Counted from the stretch's first letter, positions 18,989 to 29,091 are shown. The stretch is DNA of 64,000 nt from an uncultured Chloroflexia bacterium (GCA_963813335.1 CAWEYL010000007.1:1-64000), one strand, 5' to 3'. The notes: a model not told the origin generated them from the sequence alone. Numbers and translations: made by a program.

Positions 18989-20651
18989 CGCGACCGGGAG
19001 TCGTCGGATCCGGCTCCCGAACCGCCTGCGCCGGCTCATGCCGCGGACCTTCCAGGGTCGCCTGACCGTCGCGTTCGTCGCGGTCATCGCGCTGACCCTG
19101 TTCCTCGTGACGGTCCTGGTCCTGAACCGGCTCGACGCGTACTTCACCGACCAGCAGCGGGCGGACCTGCTGTTCCGGGCGAATGCCGTGGCCGCCTACG
19201 TCAAGTACGAGACCGAGTACGCCGCCAGCGGCGGGCCGGTCGTGGGGCTCGACAACAAGGTCAACCCCGAGGTCGCCGCCCGGCTGATGGACCCCCAGGT
19301 CCAGAGCATCATGGCCGACGCGTTCGGCCAGGCCGACGTCTCCATCCAGCTCGGACAGGTCGTCAAGACCGGCGAGGGCATCGCCTTCATCCCCGCAGCC
19401 GACGGCCCCTTCATCGCCCCGAACCGCGTCCCGCCGACGGAGGGCCAGACGCAGGAGGCGACGACGATCGAGCCGCCGGTCGTGACGGGCGGGACGATCT
19501 GGGGTCCCTACGCGGCGAAGATCACCCTCTCGAACCCGTACACCTTCCGGGCCACGGCCATCGGCAACGTCACCGGGCTGCTGGCCGTCATCGCGCTCTT
19601 CGCCCTGGGACTCAGCGTCGTGGTCTCGGCGTGGCTGGCACGCCGGTTCACGACCCCGCTCCGCCAGCTCACCGATGCCGCGCGCGGACTGGCCGAGGGC
19701 GACCTCGCCCGGCGCGTTCCGATGCGCCAGGTCCGCTCGGGCTCGTCCGAGATCGCCGAGCTGGCCGTCCAGTTCAACGCGATGGCCGATCGCGTCGAGG
19801 AGAGCGTCGAGGTCATCCGCCGCGACCGCGACCGCGACCGCGACTTCCTCGCCGACGTCTCGCACGAGCTGCGCACGCCGCTGGCAGCGCTGCGAACGTT
19901 CAACGACCTGCTCAAGGAGCGCGCCGGCGACGACCCCGAGGCACGCGCCGAGTTCCTCGAGTCGAGCGGCCAGCAGATCGACCGCCTGGACTGGCTGGCC
20001 CAGAACCTGCTCGAGCTCTCGAAGCTCGACTCGGGGCTGGTCCTGCTCGACCTCCGCCCGGACGACATCCGGGCCGCCGTCGAGACCGCGGCGGACCAGA
20101 CCGCGGCCGCGGCCCGCAAGCGCGGCGTGCGGCTTGAGGTCCGGCTCCCGGAGGTGCCGCTGCGGATCCGCCACGACCCGCAGCGGATCGGCCAGGTCGT
20201 GGCCAACCTCGTCGGCAACGCGGTCAAGTTCACGCCGCGCGACGGGTCCGTGACGATCGACCTCGAATCGTCGGCCGAGGGGGCCCGGATCATCGTCGCG
20301 GACACCGGCGTGGGCATCGAGCCGGCCGAGCTGCCCCACATCTTCGAGCGGTTCTATCGCGGCTCCCGGGCCAACGAGGCGCGCGGCAGCGGCAGCGGGC
20401 TCGGGCTCGCGATCGTGCGCTCGATCGTCGACATGCACGGCGGCTCGATCGTGGTCGAGAGCCGCGTCGGGGAGGGGTCGCGGTTCACGGTGGAGCTGCC
20501 GCGCGACCCGCGGTTGGTCGCAGGGACGCCGGCCGCCGAGCGTGCCGCGGTCCCCACGGCGGACGCGCCACGCACGCCGGAGGCCGGGCGGAACGTGACG
20601 GAAACTTCACCGACCGACCGCCCGCAGGTGAATCCTGAGCCTGCACCCTAA
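18960..20651 (+). CDS. Sensor histidine kinase (2 TM, HAMP, HisKA, HATPase); alternative start 19038
   Basis: FLADVSHELRTP H-box, NLVGNAVKF, DTGVGI, IFERFYR and GSGLGL. Confidence 0.95.
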   Translation: MSATPSPSADATGSRRIRLPNRLRRLMPRTFQGRLTVAFVAVIALTLFLVTVLVLNRLDAYFTDQQRADLLFRANAVAAYVKYETEYAASGGPVVGLDNKVNPEVAARLMDPQVQSIMADAFGQADVSIQLGQVVKTGEGIAFIPAADGPFIAPNRVPPTEGQTQEATTIEPPVVTGGTIWGPYAAKITLSNPYTFRATAIGNVTGLLAVIALFALGLSVVVSAWLARRFTTPLRQLTDAARGLAEGDLARRVPMRQVRSGSSEIAELAVQFNAMADRVEESVEVIRRDRDRDRDFLADVSHELRTPLAALRTFNDLLKERAGDDPEARAEFLESSGQQIDRLDWLAQNLLELSKLDSGLVLLDLRPDDIRAAVETAADQTAAAARKRGVRLEVRLPEVPLRIRHDPQRIGQVVANLVGNAVKFTPRDGSVTIDLESSAEGARIIVADTGVGIEPAELPHIFERFYRGSRANEARGSGSGLGLAIVRSIVDMHGGSIVVESRVGEGSRFTVELPRDPRLVAGTPAAERAAVPTADAPRTPEAGRNVTETSPTDRPQVNPEPAP

Positions 20652-20714
20652 GGTTCACCAAACCCCCTCGGCCGCTCACCGGCCGCCCGCCACCGACAAG
20701 GACCACCGACCATC

Positions 20715-22139
20715 ATGACCGACGATCTCCAGCACGACCCCGCCGATCCGGGCGAGGCGACCCAGCGCAGCGAGCTCACGCCCGAGGCCGCGGTCGACGC
20801 CACGCCACTGACCCCGGCGGCTCCCCTGACGCCCGCCGCCCCCGAGGCAGCGGCCGAGAGCTACTCGCCGACCCCCGAGACCCGGCCGGACTGGATCCGC
20901 ACGTATGACGCGGCGCCGGCGACCCCGACCCCCGAGCGCTGGTACGAGCCGGCGACCGAGCCGGCCCCGGCCGTCGCCGTCGCGCCGACCACGACGAGGC
21001 GGTCGTCCGGCGGCCCGATCGTCGCGGCGGCGCTGCTCTCCGCCGTGCTCGCCTCCGGCGGGACGGTCCTCGCGCTTGGCGCCACCGGCGCCCTCGATCG
21101 CACGATCCCCGGCTCGAGCGCAGCCGCGACCGGCACCCAGGTCGGCGCGGTCAAGCCCGTGACCATCGACGAGAACTCGGCGACGATCGCCGTCGCGGCC
21201 CGGGTCAGCCCCGCGGTCGTACGCATCACCGTCACCGGCAACACCAACAACGGCGACCTCGGGGTCATCCCCTCGACGGGCGTCGGCTCGGGCGTCATCT
21301 ACGACAGCCACGGCTGGATCCTCACCAACAAGCACGTCGTCGAGGGCGGCGACAAGTTCGACGTCGAGCTCAAGGACGGCCGCGTCCTCGCGGGCACCGT
21401 CTACGGCATCGACACCCTGACGGACCTCGCGATCGTCAAGGTCGACGGCACGGACCTGCCGAGCGCCGCGATCGGCGAGTCGGACGCGCTCAAGGTCGGC
21501 CAGCTGGTGGTCGCGATCGGCAGCCCGCTCGGCACCTACTCGAACTCCGTCACCAGCGGCATCGTCTCGGCGACCGGCCGCTCGATCACCACCGAGGGCT
21601 CGACCAAGCCGCTCAACAACCTCATCCAGACGGACGCGGCGATCAACCCGGGCAACTCCGGCGGGCCGCTCCTCGACGCCGACGGCAACGTCATCGGCAT
21701 CAACACCGCCATCGCGTCGGGCAGCAACGGCATCGGCTTCGCCATCCCGATCGACATCGCCCGCCCGATCATGGCCCAGGCCGTGGCCGGCCAGGCGCTG
21801 AGCCGCCCGTACATCGGGATCAGCTTCGTCAGCATCACCCGCTCCTTCGCCGACCAGAACAAGCTCCCGGCCCAGCAGGGTGCATACGTCGGCGCGGTCG
21901 ACGCCAACGGGAACCCCACCGGGGATGCCGTCAAGGCCGACGGACCCGCCGCCAAGGCCGGGATCAAGGACGGCGACATCATCACCAAGGTCGGCGACAA
22001 GACCATCGACAGCGAGCACCCGCTCGACTCGGTCCTCAGCCAGTTCTCCCCGAACCAGACGGTCCCCGTCGAGCTCCTGCGCGACGGCAAGACCGAGACG
22101 GTCCAGGTCACGCTGGGCACCCGACCGGGCAACCTCTAG
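20715..22139 (+). CDS. htrA: Membrane-anchored HtrA/DegP-like serine protease with PDZ domain
   Basis: LTNKHVV, DLAIVKV and QTDAAINPGNSGGPL catalytic triad motifs; PDZ GPAAKAGIKDGDII. Confidence 0.93.
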   Translation: MTDDLQHDPADPGEATQRSELTPEAAVDATPLTPAAPLTPAAPEAAAESYSPTPETRPDWIRTYDAAPATPTPERWYEPATEPAPAVAVAPTTTRRSSGGPIVAAALLSAVLASGGTVLALGATGALDRTIPGSSAAATGTQVGAVKPVTIDENSATIAVAARVSPAVVRITVTGNTNNGDLGVIPSTGVGSGVIYDSHGWILTNKHVVEGGDKFDVELKDGRVLAGTVYGIDTLTDLAIVKVDGTDLPSAAIGESDALKVGQLVVAIGSPLGTYSNSVTSGIVSATGRSITTEGSTKPLNNLIQTDAAINPGNSGGPLLDADGNVIGINTAIASGSNGIGFAIPIDIARPIMAQAVAGQALSRPYIGISFVSITRSFADQNKLPAQQGAYVGAVDANGNPTGDAVKADGPAAKAGIKDGDIITKVGDKTIDSEHPLDSVLSQFSPNQTVPVELLRDGKTETVQVTLGTRPGNL

Positions 22140-22145
22140 GACAGC

Positions 22146-22217
22146 GGTCGGCGGCCCTGCCGCCGACCTCGATCCGCCACTCCTGAAACCGGCGTCGCCA
22201 ACACTGCGACGCCGGTT
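22146..22217 (+). terminator. Two tandem hairpins after htrA
   Basis: GGTCGGCGGC/GCCGCCGACC (22146-22168) and AACCGGCGTCGC/GCGACGCCGGTT (22187-22217); lie between convergent htrA and folB. Confidence 0.6.
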
Positions 22218-22348
22218 CTCCATATCTGCAGGCGGCGGTCAAGCCGGTCAGGGCAAGGCGCCGGGGAGCAAGGGAGCGAGCGCACCTCACGGTGCGTGAG
22301 CGACCGGCGGACCCGGCAACGCGGCCCTGATCGAGCAGGACCGCTGCC

Positions 22349-22718
22349 TTATGCGGAACGGTCGCGGCGGATCTCGACGGCGGCGTGATCGAGCGGGCCA
22401 GCGAGGCGGACCGCCGGCTTGCGGACTCGGACCACGACGGTGTCCACGGCATCGAACCGCGTCAGGAGGGCGCCCGCGACCGCCTCGGCCAGCGACTCCA
22501 GCAGGTTGCGCGGACGGTCCGTCGAGCACGGCCGCGACCTCGTCGTAGGCGAGGCCGTAGTCGATCGTGGCGGCGAGGTCGTCGGATCGGCCGGCGGCCG
22601 CCAGGTCGAGCCAGAGCTCGACGTCCACCTCGAACGGCTGCGCGGTCTCGCGCTCCCAGTCGTGCACCCCGTGCCGCGCCTCGAAGCGCAGGTTCGTCAG
22701 CACGATCCGATCGCTCAC
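22349..22718 (-). CDS. folB: Dihydroneopterin aldolase; one apparent +1 frameshift near 22511
   Basis: SDRIVL..LRFEARHGV...ERE..QPFEVDVEL and SDDLAATIDY; then NLLESLAE...VRVRKP..AAVEIRR in the shifted frame. Confidence 0.9.
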
Positions 22719-23617
22719 GGGGTCGACCCCTCCTGCCAGGTGCCGCGGACGATGGCGTCGCTCATCCGGGCGGCCCGGACGTTGGCGGCGACATCGTGGA
22801 CGCGAACGATGTCCACGCCGTTGGCGATGCCGAGCGCCGTGGTGGCCAGTGTGGCCTCCAGCCGCTGGTCCGCCGGCAGGTCCAGGACCTTGCCGAGCGT
22901 CGACTTGCGCGACGTGCCGAGCAGGATCGGCCGGCCGAGCGCCGCCAGCGCATCGAGGTGACCGAGCAGCTCGAGGTTCTGGCCGGCCGTCTTCCCGAAA
23001 CCGATGCCCGGGTCGACGATGAGCAAGGCGCGCGGGACCCCGGCGGCGATCGCTCGCTCGATGGCGGCGCGCAGCTCGTCGACCACCTCGCTCGTGACGT
23101 CGCGGTAGACGGGCTGCGCCCGGTTGTGCATCACGATCAGCGGGACTCCGCGGGCCGCCGCGAGTCGGGCCAGCGCGTCGTCGGGGCCGACCCCCCAGAT
23201 GTCGTTGACGGCGTCGGCGCCCGCGTCGAGCGCGGCCGCGGCGACCGCGGCCTTGGTCGTGTCGATCGTCAGGGGCGTGCCCGGCAGGGCTGCCCGCACG
23301 GCCGCGACCACCGGCAGGACCCGGGCGCGCTCGTCGGTCTCGCTCACCTCGGCGTGGCCCGGCCGGGTCGATTCCCCGCCGATGTCGAGGAGGTCGGCGC
23401 CCTCGTCGACCATCCGCTGCGCCTGGGCGACCGCCGCGCCGACCGGGTCGCCGCCCGCGAGCAGGCCGTCGCCGGAGAACGAATTCGGCGTCACGTTGAG
23501 GATCCCCATCACGTAGGTCCGGGCACCCCAGGCGAAGGTCGTCGGGCCGATCGTGGTCGGCTCGATCGACCGGCGGACGGCCGGCGGGGTGGCGATGGTG
23601 GTCGGGTCGGGGCTCAT
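22715..23617 (-). CDS. folP: Dihydropteroate synthase
   Basis: MGILNVTPNSFS, DIGGESTRPG, DPGIGFGK, GTSRKS and IVRVHDV. Confidence 0.97.
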   Translation of the reverse strand: MSPDPTTIATPPAVRRSIEPTTIGPTTFAWGARTYVMGILNVTPNSFSGDGLLAGGDPVGAAVAQAQRMVDEGADLLDIGGESTRPGHAEVSETDERARVLPVVAAVRAALPGTPLTIDTTKAAVAAAALDAGADAVNDIWGVGPDDALARLAAARGVPLIVMHNRAQPVYRDVTSEVVDELRAAIERAIAAGVPRALLIVDPGIGFGKTAGQNLELLGHLDALAALGRPILLGTSRKSTLGKVLDLPADQRLEATLATTALGIANGVDIVRVHDVAANVRAARMSDAIVRGTWQEGSTP

Positions 23618-24960
23618 CGCGTCTCGTCGATGGGGTCGCGCAGCAGCGGGTCGTCGACCAGCCTGGCGCGGATCGCCCCGACAAGATAGAGCGAGCCGGC
23701 GACCACGACCGGGCCGGCCGCCCCGTCCAGCGCCCGCTCGAGCGCGGTGGCCGGGTCGGCCGCGACGACCGGCGCCGGGTCGCCGGGCCGGGCCGCGCGC
23801 CAGCGGGTGGCCAGCTCGGCCGCGGGCATGGCCCGCGGCAGGCCGACGGCGGTCGCGATGACCCGGGCGTCCGAGAGCGCGGTCGATGTAGAGAGCGCGG
23901 CGATCACGCCGTCGACGTCCTTGTCTGCCATCGACGCGGTGATGAGCGTGACCGGGCCGGGCGTGAGGTGGCCGCGCAACTCCTTGAGCGCGGTCGCGAG
24001 GGCGGCGGCGCCGGCCGGGTTGTGGGCGCCGTCGAGGAGGATGTCGCGGCCGTCCACGACCAGGAGCTCGAGCCGCCCCGGCCAGGTCGCCCTTGCATAG
24101 CCGGTCCGCCGCGCCTCGTCGTCGACCCGGGCGATGCCGGCTGCCTCGAGGGCGTCGAGGACCGCGTCGGCGACCGCGACGTTGGCGCCCTGGTGCCGTC
24201 CGAGCAGGCCGACACGGGTCCGGCCGAGGCGCCGCAGCTCGACCGTGAGCCCGTGGCGATCCCAGTCGAGCACCGGGGCCGGCTCCACGACGGTCAGCGG
24301 TGCGTTCATCCGCCGCGCGCGGCGGCGGACCACGGCCAGGGCGTCGCCCGTCGCGCCCGTCACGGCGAGGTCGCCCCGCTCGATGATGGCGGCCTTCTCG
24401 CGGGCGATCAGCGGGATGGTCGGCCCGAGCCGGTCGGTGTGGTCGAGGTCCACGTTCGTGATCGCCGCGACGCCACCATCCCAGGCGTGGGTCGCGTCGA
24501 GGCGTCCGCCGAGCCCCACCTCGACGATGGCGAGGTCGAGGCCCGCGCTCGCGAAATGGCGGAAGACGATGGCGGTCAGCAGCTCGAACTCGGTCGGCGG
24601 CCCGAGGCGGCGGGCCACGCGATCGGCAGCCGGCAGCACCTCGCTGACGAGCTGGGCGAAGGTCGGCGCGTCGATCGGCCGTCCGTCGACGACGATCCGC
24701 TCGCGATAGCTCACGAGGTGCGGCTTGGGTGTCTCGCCGACGTGCAGGCCGGCCGCGCGAAGGGCGCTCCCCGCGAGCGCGAGCACGCTGCCCTTGCCAT
24801 TGGTCCCCGCGACGAGCGCGCCGCGCACCGCGAGCTGCGGGTCGCCGAGCTCGCGCAGCAGGGCGCGCGTCCGGCCGAGGCCGAGGCGGATCCCGAACCG
24901 GCCGCGGTCCTCGATGGCGCGCAGCGCGTCCGCGTAGGCGCGCTCGGCGGCGGCCGTCAC
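23614..24960 (-). CDS. folC: Folylpolyglutamate synthase / dihydrofolate synthase
   Basis: VAGTNGKGS, EVGLGGRLDAT, WPGRLE, LDGAHN and AGSLYLVG. Confidence 0.96.
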   Translation of the reverse strand: MTAAAERAYADALRAIEDRGRFGIRLGLGRTRALLRELGDPQLAVRGALVAGTNGKGSVLALAGSALRAAGLHVGETPKPHLVSYRERIVVDGRPIDAPTFAQLVSEVLPAADRVARRLGPPTEFELLTAIVFRHFASAGLDLAIVEVGLGGRLDATHAWDGGVAAITNVDLDHTDRLGPTIPLIAREKAAIIERGDLAVTGATGDALAVVRRRARRMNAPLTVVEPAPVLDWDRHGLTVELRRLGRTRVGLLGRHQGANVAVADAVLDALEAAGIARVDDEARRTGYARATWPGRLELLVVDGRDILLDGAHNPAGAAALATALKELRGHLTPGPVTLITASMADKDVDGVIAALSTSTALSDARVIATAVGLPRAMPAAELATRWRAARPGDPAPVVAADPATALERALDGAAGPVVVAGSLYLVGAIRARLVDDPLLRDPIDETR

Positions 24961-24979
24961 GCCCGTCCCCCCGCGCCCG

Positions 24980-25441
24980 TCACTCGCGGGTCAGCTCGTC
25001 CTCGTAGAAGACGCACTGGTTGAACCGCGGCGTCAGGCAGACGTCGTTGACGTAGCCCTGGTCCAGGTGGACGCCGCCGCGGAGTTGGCAGCGGCTGACG
25101 TTGGCGTCCTGCCGGATCAGCGCCTTCAGGAGGTGCGGCGCCTGGATCGGGATGGCGCCGCGCGAGCCGGTCATGTAGAAGTGGGGACAGACGTTGCGAC
25201 GCAGGTTGGGCAACCCGAACCCGGGACGGGGCGGCACGGTGGCGTACGGGTTGACGTTCGTCGGCTCGCGCGACACGAGCGGCGACGGCGTCACCCGGGC
25301 GATGGGTCCGACGCCGAATTGCGGCCTCCCGGTCGCGCCGCTCGGCGGCTTGCCGGTCCGTGGATCGCGTGCCTGCACTCCAGCCCTCGTTGCGGGCGCG
25401 GGCGGTCTTCCGTCACGCGCGCTGACCGCGCCAGAGTACAT
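24980..25441 (-). CDS. Hypothetical protein with four Cys in the C-terminal half; start uncertain
   Basis: Coding-like C-terminal ~90 aa (NVCPHFYM...RCQLRGG...DVCLTPRFNQCVFYE); stop lies 20 nt before the folC start. Confidence 0.6.
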   Translation of the reverse strand: MYSGAVSARDGRPPAPATRAGVQARDPRTGKPPSGATGRPQFGVGPIARVTPSPLVSREPTNVNPYATVPPRPGFGLPNLRRNVCPHFYMTGSRGAIPIQAPHLLKALIRQDANVSRCQLRGGVHLDQGYVNDVCLTPRFNQCVFYEDELTRE

Positions 25442-25501
25442 CCCACCGCAACGCGACTGTGTGGCGGACCGCTCCGCGCCACCCGTGCGACAATCGGCGC
25501 G

Positions 25502-26701
25502 ATGACGACCCGGCGCGGCGATCGGCCGACTCACGTCCGACCCCGACCCCCATCCAGCGGCCGTCCTGCCCCTGTCAAGACCAAGCCGCGACAGCCGGCG
25601 TCCGGTCGTCTCGCCACCCATCGGCCGATCGAGCGCGGCCGCGGCATGCCGATCATCTTCCGCATCGCGCTGTCGCTGGCGATCATCGGGCTGGGCGCAG
25701 GCGTGCTGTACATCGCGGCCGGCGGCCTCAAGACCGTGGCCGGGAGCCTTGGCACCACGCTGACCGGGTTCGTCGATGACGTCACGGCGACCCCGAGCCC
25801 CATCCCGTCGGTACCGGTCGTCAGCGGCGCCCCGTCGCTGGATCCGCCCGACGAGCCGTACACGAACTCGCCGCAGGTAGACCTCGTGGTCACGGTCCCC
25901 GCGGCGATGGTCGGCGACACGACCCATCGGATCCGGGTCTACCTGGCCCTCCTCGACCAGAAGGCGACGGCCATCATGGAAGTGCCGATCGGGCCGACCG
26001 CCAAGACCCCCGTCCCGGTCGAGCTCACCAAGGGGATCAACGACTTCTCGGTCTCGATCGTGGGCGACAACACCGAGTCGGAGTCGTCGGCGATCGTCCG
26101 CTACGTCCTCGACAATGCGAAGCCCAAAGTGACGATCACCTCGCCCAAGGCCAACGCGCTCGTCAACGGCAAGACCGTCACCATCAAGGGCAAGGTCCAG
26201 TCCCGCTCGACGCTGCTGGCCCGCAACGAGACGAACGGGGCCACGAGCGCCGGATCTGCGGCGCCCGACGGGACCTTCACCCTGACCCTCCCGATCACCA
26301 CCGGCCAGAACACGATCACCATCGATGCGACCGACCCGGCCGGGAACGCCGGGACGACCTCCCTGACCGTCCGCCGCGGCTCGGGCAAGCTGACGGTCTC
26401 GCTCTCGGCGTCGGCCTACCAGGTCTCGCGCAAGGCGCTGCCCGAGGGGATCAAGCTCACCGCCACGGCGACCGACCCGGACGGCAACCCGCTCAAGGGT
26501 GCGGACGTGACCTTCACCCTGAGCATCCCGGGCATCCCGACCGTGACCCAGGACGCCAAGACCGGTTCGAACGGGCGTGCGGAGTGGCAGACGACGATCC
26601 CCAAGGGGGCGACCCTCGGCCAGGGGAGCGCCACGGTGCTCGTCTCGAGTGACGCGTTCGGGTCCACGCAGGACTACACGGTCATCACCGTCGTCAAGTA
26701 G
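25502..26701 (+). CDS. Membrane-anchored extracellular protein with bacterial Ig-like repeats
   Basis: Basic N-terminus, single TM, Thr/Val-rich beta domains (G.N.ITIDATDPAGN, ATDPDGNPLKGADVTF). Confidence 0.8.
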   Translation: MTTRRGDRPTHVRPRPPSSGRPAPVKTKPRQPASGRLATHRPIERGRGMPIIFRIALSLAIIGLGAGVLYIAAGGLKTVAGSLGTTLTGFVDDVTATPSPIPSVPVVSGAPSLDPPDEPYTNSPQVDLVVTVPAAMVGDTTHRIRVYLALLDQKATAIMEVPIGPTAKTPVPVELTKGINDFSVSIVGDNTESESSAIVRYVLDNAKPKVTITSPKANALVNGKTVTIKGKVQSRSTLLARNETNGATSAGSAAPDGTFTLTLPITTGQNTITIDATDPAGNAGTTSLTVRRGSGKLTVSLSASAYQVSRKALPEGIKLTATATDPDGNPLKGADVTFTLSIPGIPTVTQDAKTGSNGRAEWQTTIPKGATLGQGSATVLVSSDAFGSTQDYTVITVVK

Positions 26702-26762
26702 CGGGCCCTGGCGCCGACGCGCCGGTTCGACAGCGGGGCGACTCGCAGCTACCATCCGCGGC

Positions 26763-27188
26763 ATGCCGATGTGGCGATGTCCACACTGCGGGACACCACA
26801 GGCCGAGACGGCCAGGTGTTGGGTCTGCCGACGATCCAGCACGGCCTGCCTGACCTGTCGGCATTTCCGTCGCTCGGTCGCCGCGAACGTGGGGTACTGC
26901 GGGCTCGACCGTCGACGCGCGCCGCTCGTCGGCGACGAGATCCGGGCGTGCTGGGAGGGCGGCCCGTTCTCGATGGCGCCCACCATCCCGGCGGCGCGCG
27001 CCCGGCTGGCGGTGATCGACGGGGCGCCCGTCCAGCAGATCGAGTTCGTCGAGGTCACGGCCGGTCCGCTCGGCGCGCCCGACCCAGCCGGCACCACCGA
27101 CGCGACGGGCATCGGCGCGCCCGAACCCTCGCTCCCGATGGCACCCGACGAGCCGAGGTGGAGCCTCTGGGAGGACCCGACCGTCTAG
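26763..27188 (+). CDS. Small Cys-rich protein (8 Cys: three CxxC motifs plus two single Cys)
   Basis: CPHC, CWVC, CLTCRHF, YC and ACW; TACCAT -10 element 7 nt upstream of the ATG. Confidence 0.7.
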   Translation: MPMWRCPHCGTPQAETARCWVCRRSSTACLTCRHFRRSVAANVGYCGLDRRRAPLVGDEIRACWEGGPFSMAPTIPAARARLAVIDGAPVQQIEFVEVTAGPLGAPDPAGTTDATGIGAPEPSLPMAPDEPRWSLWEDPTV

Positions 27189-27225
27189 GCCAGCCGCGGC
27201 TCGCCCGTTCCGGACGACCGCCGGG

Positions 27226-29004
27226 TCAGGGCGCCGGCGGCGGCGGGGTCGGCGTCGGCGTCGGCGGCACCGGAGTCGGCGTGGGCGTGGGCGTCGGGGT
27301 GGGGGTCGGCGTCGGGGTCGGGGTCGGCGTGGGCGTCGGGGTCGGCGTCGGCGTCGGGGTCGGCGTGGGCGTCGGGCTCGGCGTCGGCTCGGGGCCCTTC
27401 GAGACCACGTAGTCGACCGGCGTCTGCTTGGCCACGATCAGGCCCGGTCCCGGGCTCTGGCTGATGACGCTGCCGAGGGGGATCGTCGCGTCGAACGCGT
27501 CAGTGCGCGCCCCGACCCGGAGGCCGGCGTCGTTGAGCGCCTGCAGGGCGTCCGATTCGGGCAGCTTGCGGATGTCCGGGACGGGGGTCGTGTCGACGCC
27601 CGCCGCCACGGTCACGTTGACGGTGCTGCCCGCCGTCAGGACGGTCCCGACGGGCGGGTCCTGGGCGAGGATCGTGCCGACCGGCTGGTCGGAGGGCGCG
27701 CCGGTCGTGACCAGGACGATGCCCTTCTGGTCGGCGACGCGCTGGGCGTCCGTGACGAGCTGGCCGACGAAGTTCGGGACCACGACCGGCGCCGGGGTCG
27801 CGGACGGCTTGGCGCCGCCGCCGGACGACATCTGGAAGACGAGGAAGGCGATCAGCACCAACAGGAGGATCGCGCCGATCCCGGCGGCCCACACGATCGG
27901 GCTGGTCTTCTCCGGTTCGTCCGGGGGCATCGGCGGTGGTGGCGTGCCAGCCGGCGGAGGCGGAGGCGGCGCGCTGGTGCCGGCATCGTCGGCGGTCGCG
28001 TAGGCGTCGGCGGCGTAGGGCACCGCTGACGGGTTGGCCCGTGCGACGCCGCTCATGGCGATCGTGGCACCCGCGGCGATCGCACCAGCCGCCGCCATGC
28101 CACCGGCCCCACTCCCGCTGCCAGCGCCGGGCGCCGCCATCCCGGCCGCCGCAGCGCCTGCCGCACCCGCGGCCACCGCCGCGCCGGAGACCGCGCCGTC
28201 GAGCGCGTCGGCCATCGCGGTCGCCGAGGTGAAGCGGTCGTCGGGCTCGAGGGCGAGCGCCTTGCGCGTGATCGCGGCGAGGTCGGGCGGGACGGAGGCC
28301 CGGACCGCCATCGGATCCGGGACCGGGCCGGAGAGCCGGGCCAGCCCGACCGCGGCGGCGCTGTCGCCTTCCCAAGGCCGGACCCCGGTGAGCATCTCGT
28401 ACAGGACGATGCCGAGGGCGTAGATGTCGGACGCGGCGGTCGCGGGCTCGCCACGAGCCTGCTCCGGGCTGAAGTAGTGGACCGACCCGAGGGTGGTGCC
28501 GGGGAGCGTCGTCTGGGCCTCGGCGATCGCACGGGCGATGCCGAAGTCGACGACCTTGACCTGGCCGTCCCGGCCGATCAGGACGTTGCCGGGCTTGATG
28601 TCGCGATGGACCAGGCCGCGGGCATGCGAGGCGGCGAGCGCGCGGGCGACCGCGGCGGCGATCCGGGCGGCCTGGCGCGGCGGGAGCGGCCCGCTCCGGC
28701 GCATGATCGTGGCCAGGTCCTCGCCGTCGACGAGCTCCATGACGATGTACGGGCCGGAGGGATCCTCCCCGTAGTCGTACGTCGTGACGATGTTCGGGTG
28801 GGTCAGCGACGCGGCGGCCTGCGCCTCCTGGCGGAAGCGGGACGAGAAATCGGGGTCGCGCAGGTACTCGGGTCGCAGGAGCTTGACGGCGACGTCCCGG
28901 CCCAGCTGCGTGTCGACGGCGCGGAAGATGGTCGCCATGCCGCCCTGTCCGAGCAACTCGACCAGACGGTACCGACCGCCGAGGACCGTGCCGATCTCCG
29001 CCAA
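27226..29004 (-). CDS. Hanks-type Ser/Thr kinase with TM, two PASTA domains and Pro-Thr tail (PknB-like)
   Basis: LGQGGMA, VAVK, HRDIKPGN, DFG and YFSPEQ; PASTA VPNFVG...QDP; TTG start with GAGGAG RBS. Confidence 0.94.
   Translation of the reverse strand: MAEIGTVLGGRYRLVELLGQGGMATIFRAVDTQLGRDVAVKLLRPEYLRDPDFSSRFRQEAQAAASLTHPNIVTTYDYGEDPSGPYIVMELVDGEDLATIMRRSGPLPPRQAARIAAAVARALAASHARGLVHRDIKPGNVLIGRDGQVKVVDFGIARAIAEAQTTLPGTTLGSVHYFSPEQARGEPATAASDIYALGIVLYEMLTGVRPWEGDSAAAVGLARLSGPVPDPMAVRASVPPDLAAITRKALALEPDDRFTSATAMADALDGAVSGAAVAAGAAGAAAAGMAAPGAGSGSGAGGMAAAGAIAAGATIAMSGVARANPSAVPYAADAYATADDAGTSAPPPPPPAGTPPPPMPPDEPEKTSPIVWAAGIGAILLLVLIAFLVFQMSSGGGAKPSATPAPVVVPNFVGQLVTDAQRVADQKGIVLVTTGAPSDQPVGTILAQDPPVGTVLTAGSTVNVTVAAGVDTTPVPDIRKLPESDALQALNDAGLRVGARTDAFDATIPLGSVISQSPGPGLIVAKQTPVDYVVSKGPEPTPSPTPTPTPTPTPTPTPTPTPTPTPTPTPTPTPTPTPVPPTPTPTPPPPAP
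27230..27393 (-). repeat. 6-bp coding tandem repeat for the (Pro-Thr)n tail of the kinase
   Basis: Degenerate GTCGGC/GTGGGC/GTCGGG runs on the plus strand. Confidence 0.9.
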
Positions 29005-29091
29005 ACCTTGCTCCTCGTCGTGGCCGGGCCAGCCCGGCGCGTGGGACGGCATCGTACCGTATGGCGCCGGCCGCCCTTGGGCCGGGTCAGG

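Noticed and set aside
19821-19844. (CGCGAC)4 microsatellite before the kinase H-box as a phase-variation tract
   Set aside because: In-frame hexamer encoding RDRDRDRD in a coiled coil; short, and length changes would not shift the frame
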